Source of the DNA: Leucoraja erinacea
Taxonomy: Eukaryota
Length of the DNA: 64,000 nt
Reading direction: 5' to 3'
NCBI RefSeq assembly: GCF_028641065.1
Contig: NC_073402.1
Span: forward strand, 22,444,001-22,508,000
In this document: positions 62,040-64,000 of the stretch, piece after piece
Layout: each line of letters begins with the position of its first letter
Numbering within the stretch: position 1 is the first letter of the stretch
Program-made: the position numbers and the translations under genes
Notes under the pieces: model-generated
Seen by the model: only the letters and a program-made list of their open reading frames with translations
Databases searched by the model: none
Told to the model about the DNA's origin: nothing

Positions 62040-62630
62040 GGGGTGGCCTCCGTGGTAAGAACTGTGTTGCTGGGCGCGTCTTCAATGACCAAAGAAAGAA
62101 AGCGGAGAGGACGATTAATCCCTGATACTGACACTTGAATCCCGGCGGGTAACCTCGAACATCAGTGGGAGGATATAATTCTCCTGAGCAGCGAATGCCA
62201 GCAAAGATCCTATAGCGAGCGCTATAGAATCGTTGAATGCCAGCAGTCTCCTCAGGTATTGGGCTGAGACGGACTTGGAGCCGCTCCCAGCGGGCTGGAT
62301 TCAGAGGCGTTACCCGTGGGGCGGAACTGTTTATAGTTGCCATTCTCCGCTCGCTGCCATGTACTGTTGGGGTCTCGGTTGTTCTGTCCATTTACCGCCT
62401 CGCACGGTAAGTTCTCGGGGTCTTTTTTTTTCGTGCTGTGTAGAGTTTTCCGTGCCTAAACTGGTTGAGTGCCAGCGGCTTCGCGGGTCACTTTCCGCTC
62501 AGCGACCGAATCTCGGTGGGAAAATGAGAAGAAATGAGAGCACTTCTGATCGGCAATTTGAAAATTAAACTCAAGGACTGACGTTTAGTCGAAAATGAAC
62601 ATCCTGTCTCGCTTATGTAATTTACGTCAT
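62040..62630 (+). promoter_or_regulatory. CpG-rich region with probable first exon (donor at 62407) of an unidentified downstream gene
   Basis: High CpG density, GC-box/ETS-like ggggcggaac, CRE-like motifs and consensus donor CACG|GTAAGT. Confidence 0.5.
62202..62235. mobile_element. 34-bp TIR-only palindrome with an 8-bp TSD (P-element-like footprint)
   Basis: aatgccag|CAAAGATCCTATAGCGA GCGCTATAGAATCGTTG|aatgccag. Confidence 0.7.
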
Positions 62631-63215
62631 ACAACAACAATTTCTACCCTGATTCACTTTACATAAAGCATATTAAACAGAATGATACTATCGTTACTTT
62701 GGAGGGACCCAGCTGAGCTATTGAATTCATATAGAACAACGCTGTCGGTCCCATCCCACCGTTCTTTTATCCAATTATTTTCCCTCGAGTGCTTGTCCAA
62801 CTAACTTTTTAAAGCCCGGTCTATTTCCTCGTTCGTGACAGCCAGTCAGCACCAGAGCAAAGCAACTTAATTTTTGTGAAGATGTTATTTTTTTCTTCGT
62901 TAGATTATCTTTTTCCCATCACTTTTCTGGAACTTTCAACATTTTCTTTTGGAGATAGCTCTCCACTTTCTCAACCGAGTTTTGTGCACCTCCACAAAAT
63001 CTTTGGTCCAAAAAGCCTATCATGGTCTTTCCTCATTCAACATCAGAAAGTTCCCTTTCCAAGCACATCCCATCGGCACTGTAAATCTTATTATTGATTC
63101 AGGGTCAAATTCTTGTTATCTGATGGAACATTGACTAGTGGTTCAAGATTGTATCTCATTGCCACATTTTCACGTGACATTCCATGAATATTAAACTCAA
63201 ATCTCCGAAATTCCT

Positions 63216-63394
63216 GAGGCCAGTTCATTGGCTATATTTAAGAGGGAGTTAGATGTGGCCAAGGGGATCAGAGGGTATGGAGAGAAGGCAGGTACGGGAT
63301 ACTAAGTTGGATGATCAGCCATGATCATATTGAATGGCGGTGCAGACTCGAAGGGCCGAATGGCCTACTCCTGCACCTAATTTCTATGTTTCTA
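63216..63394 (+). mobile_element. CR1 LINE 3' fragment
   Basis: Same young CR1 3' end. Confidence 0.8.
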
Positions 63395-64000
63395 AATGTA
63401 TCACAGGTTATCCCAATGTTTTCACCACCACTGGATTATTGAGCTAAATGCCTCCAATACTAAAGAATATAGGTGTTGCCCACTGCTTAATATAGTTCTG
63501 CCATCGTTAACTTCACAGGTAAAGTTTTTGATTGACTTGGTGTTAAGACATTGGAGCAGGTGGGTTTAAGATTTGGGATAGATGGGGACGGGATAAGACG
63601 TTGAGAGTCAGTTAAGGTTACCCTTCCCTCTGGGCGGGGAAGGGAATATGCAGGTTAACGAATCTAAAGGTGGGGAGGGGAATCTATGTGTTGAAGAGAT
63701 ATGCCATTTTAGCTAGAGACACAAGAAAATGCAGGTGGTTGAATCTTGAGCAACCACAAAGTGCTGGAAGAACTCAACAAGTTAGGTGGCATCTTTGGAG
63801 AGAATGGATAGGTGCCCTTTGGGCATTTAACTGGGTTCCTGCTTCCATGCCTTAATTAAGGTGCTCCAGACTTAAAGGGTTGAAATGTTCATACCAAATT
63901 CATTATCAATTATTAAGCTGAGGATTGATGGCCCATGCATTAAGGCAGAGAACCTAGTGTTTGATTCACAGCTTTGAATCCAATATTATGAGCACCTATG

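Noticed and set aside
62020-62391. 123-aa minus-strand ORF
   Set aside because: No recognisable domain; it runs through the palindromic insertion and ends in CR1 sequence.
1-64000. CRISPR array or prokaryotic defence system suggested by recurring short repeats
   Set aside because: The repeats are dispersed retroelement ends with no regular repeat-spacer period and no cas genes; the sequence is intron-containing vertebrate DNA.

Overview
This is vertebrate genomic DNA, most likely from a cartilaginous fish (skate/ray type), judged from HE1-like SINEs and CR1, Rex/Babar and Penelope repeats. It is not prokaryotic. Five spliced genes lie on the + strand. NR0B2/SHP has 2 coding exons and 260 aa. 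GPATCH3 has 7 exons and 488 aa. GPN2 has 5 coding exons, 326 aa, and a U12-type last intron. DHDDS has 8 coding exons and 338 aa. The fifth is a divergent micro-exon HMGN2-like gene that the ORF track does not show as a gene; its exon 5 is fused to a truncated Tc1 transposon. A CpG-rich probable first exon of an unidentified sixth gene lies near 62.3 kb. I built the exon models by hand from splice sites and phase continuity; comparisons with human orthologues are from memory, not searches. Main findings: (1) tiny palindromes of 34 and 45 bp, made only of inverted ends and flanked by 7-8 bp target duplications, resembling P-element excision footprints; (2) TSD-flanked foldback mini-elements derived from Penelope pseudo-LTRs that carry hammerhead-ribozyme cores; (3) the remodelled HMGN gene; (4) a templated inverted capture of flanking DNA inside a CR1 copy; (5) a gene order implying an inversion relative to human 1p36.11.
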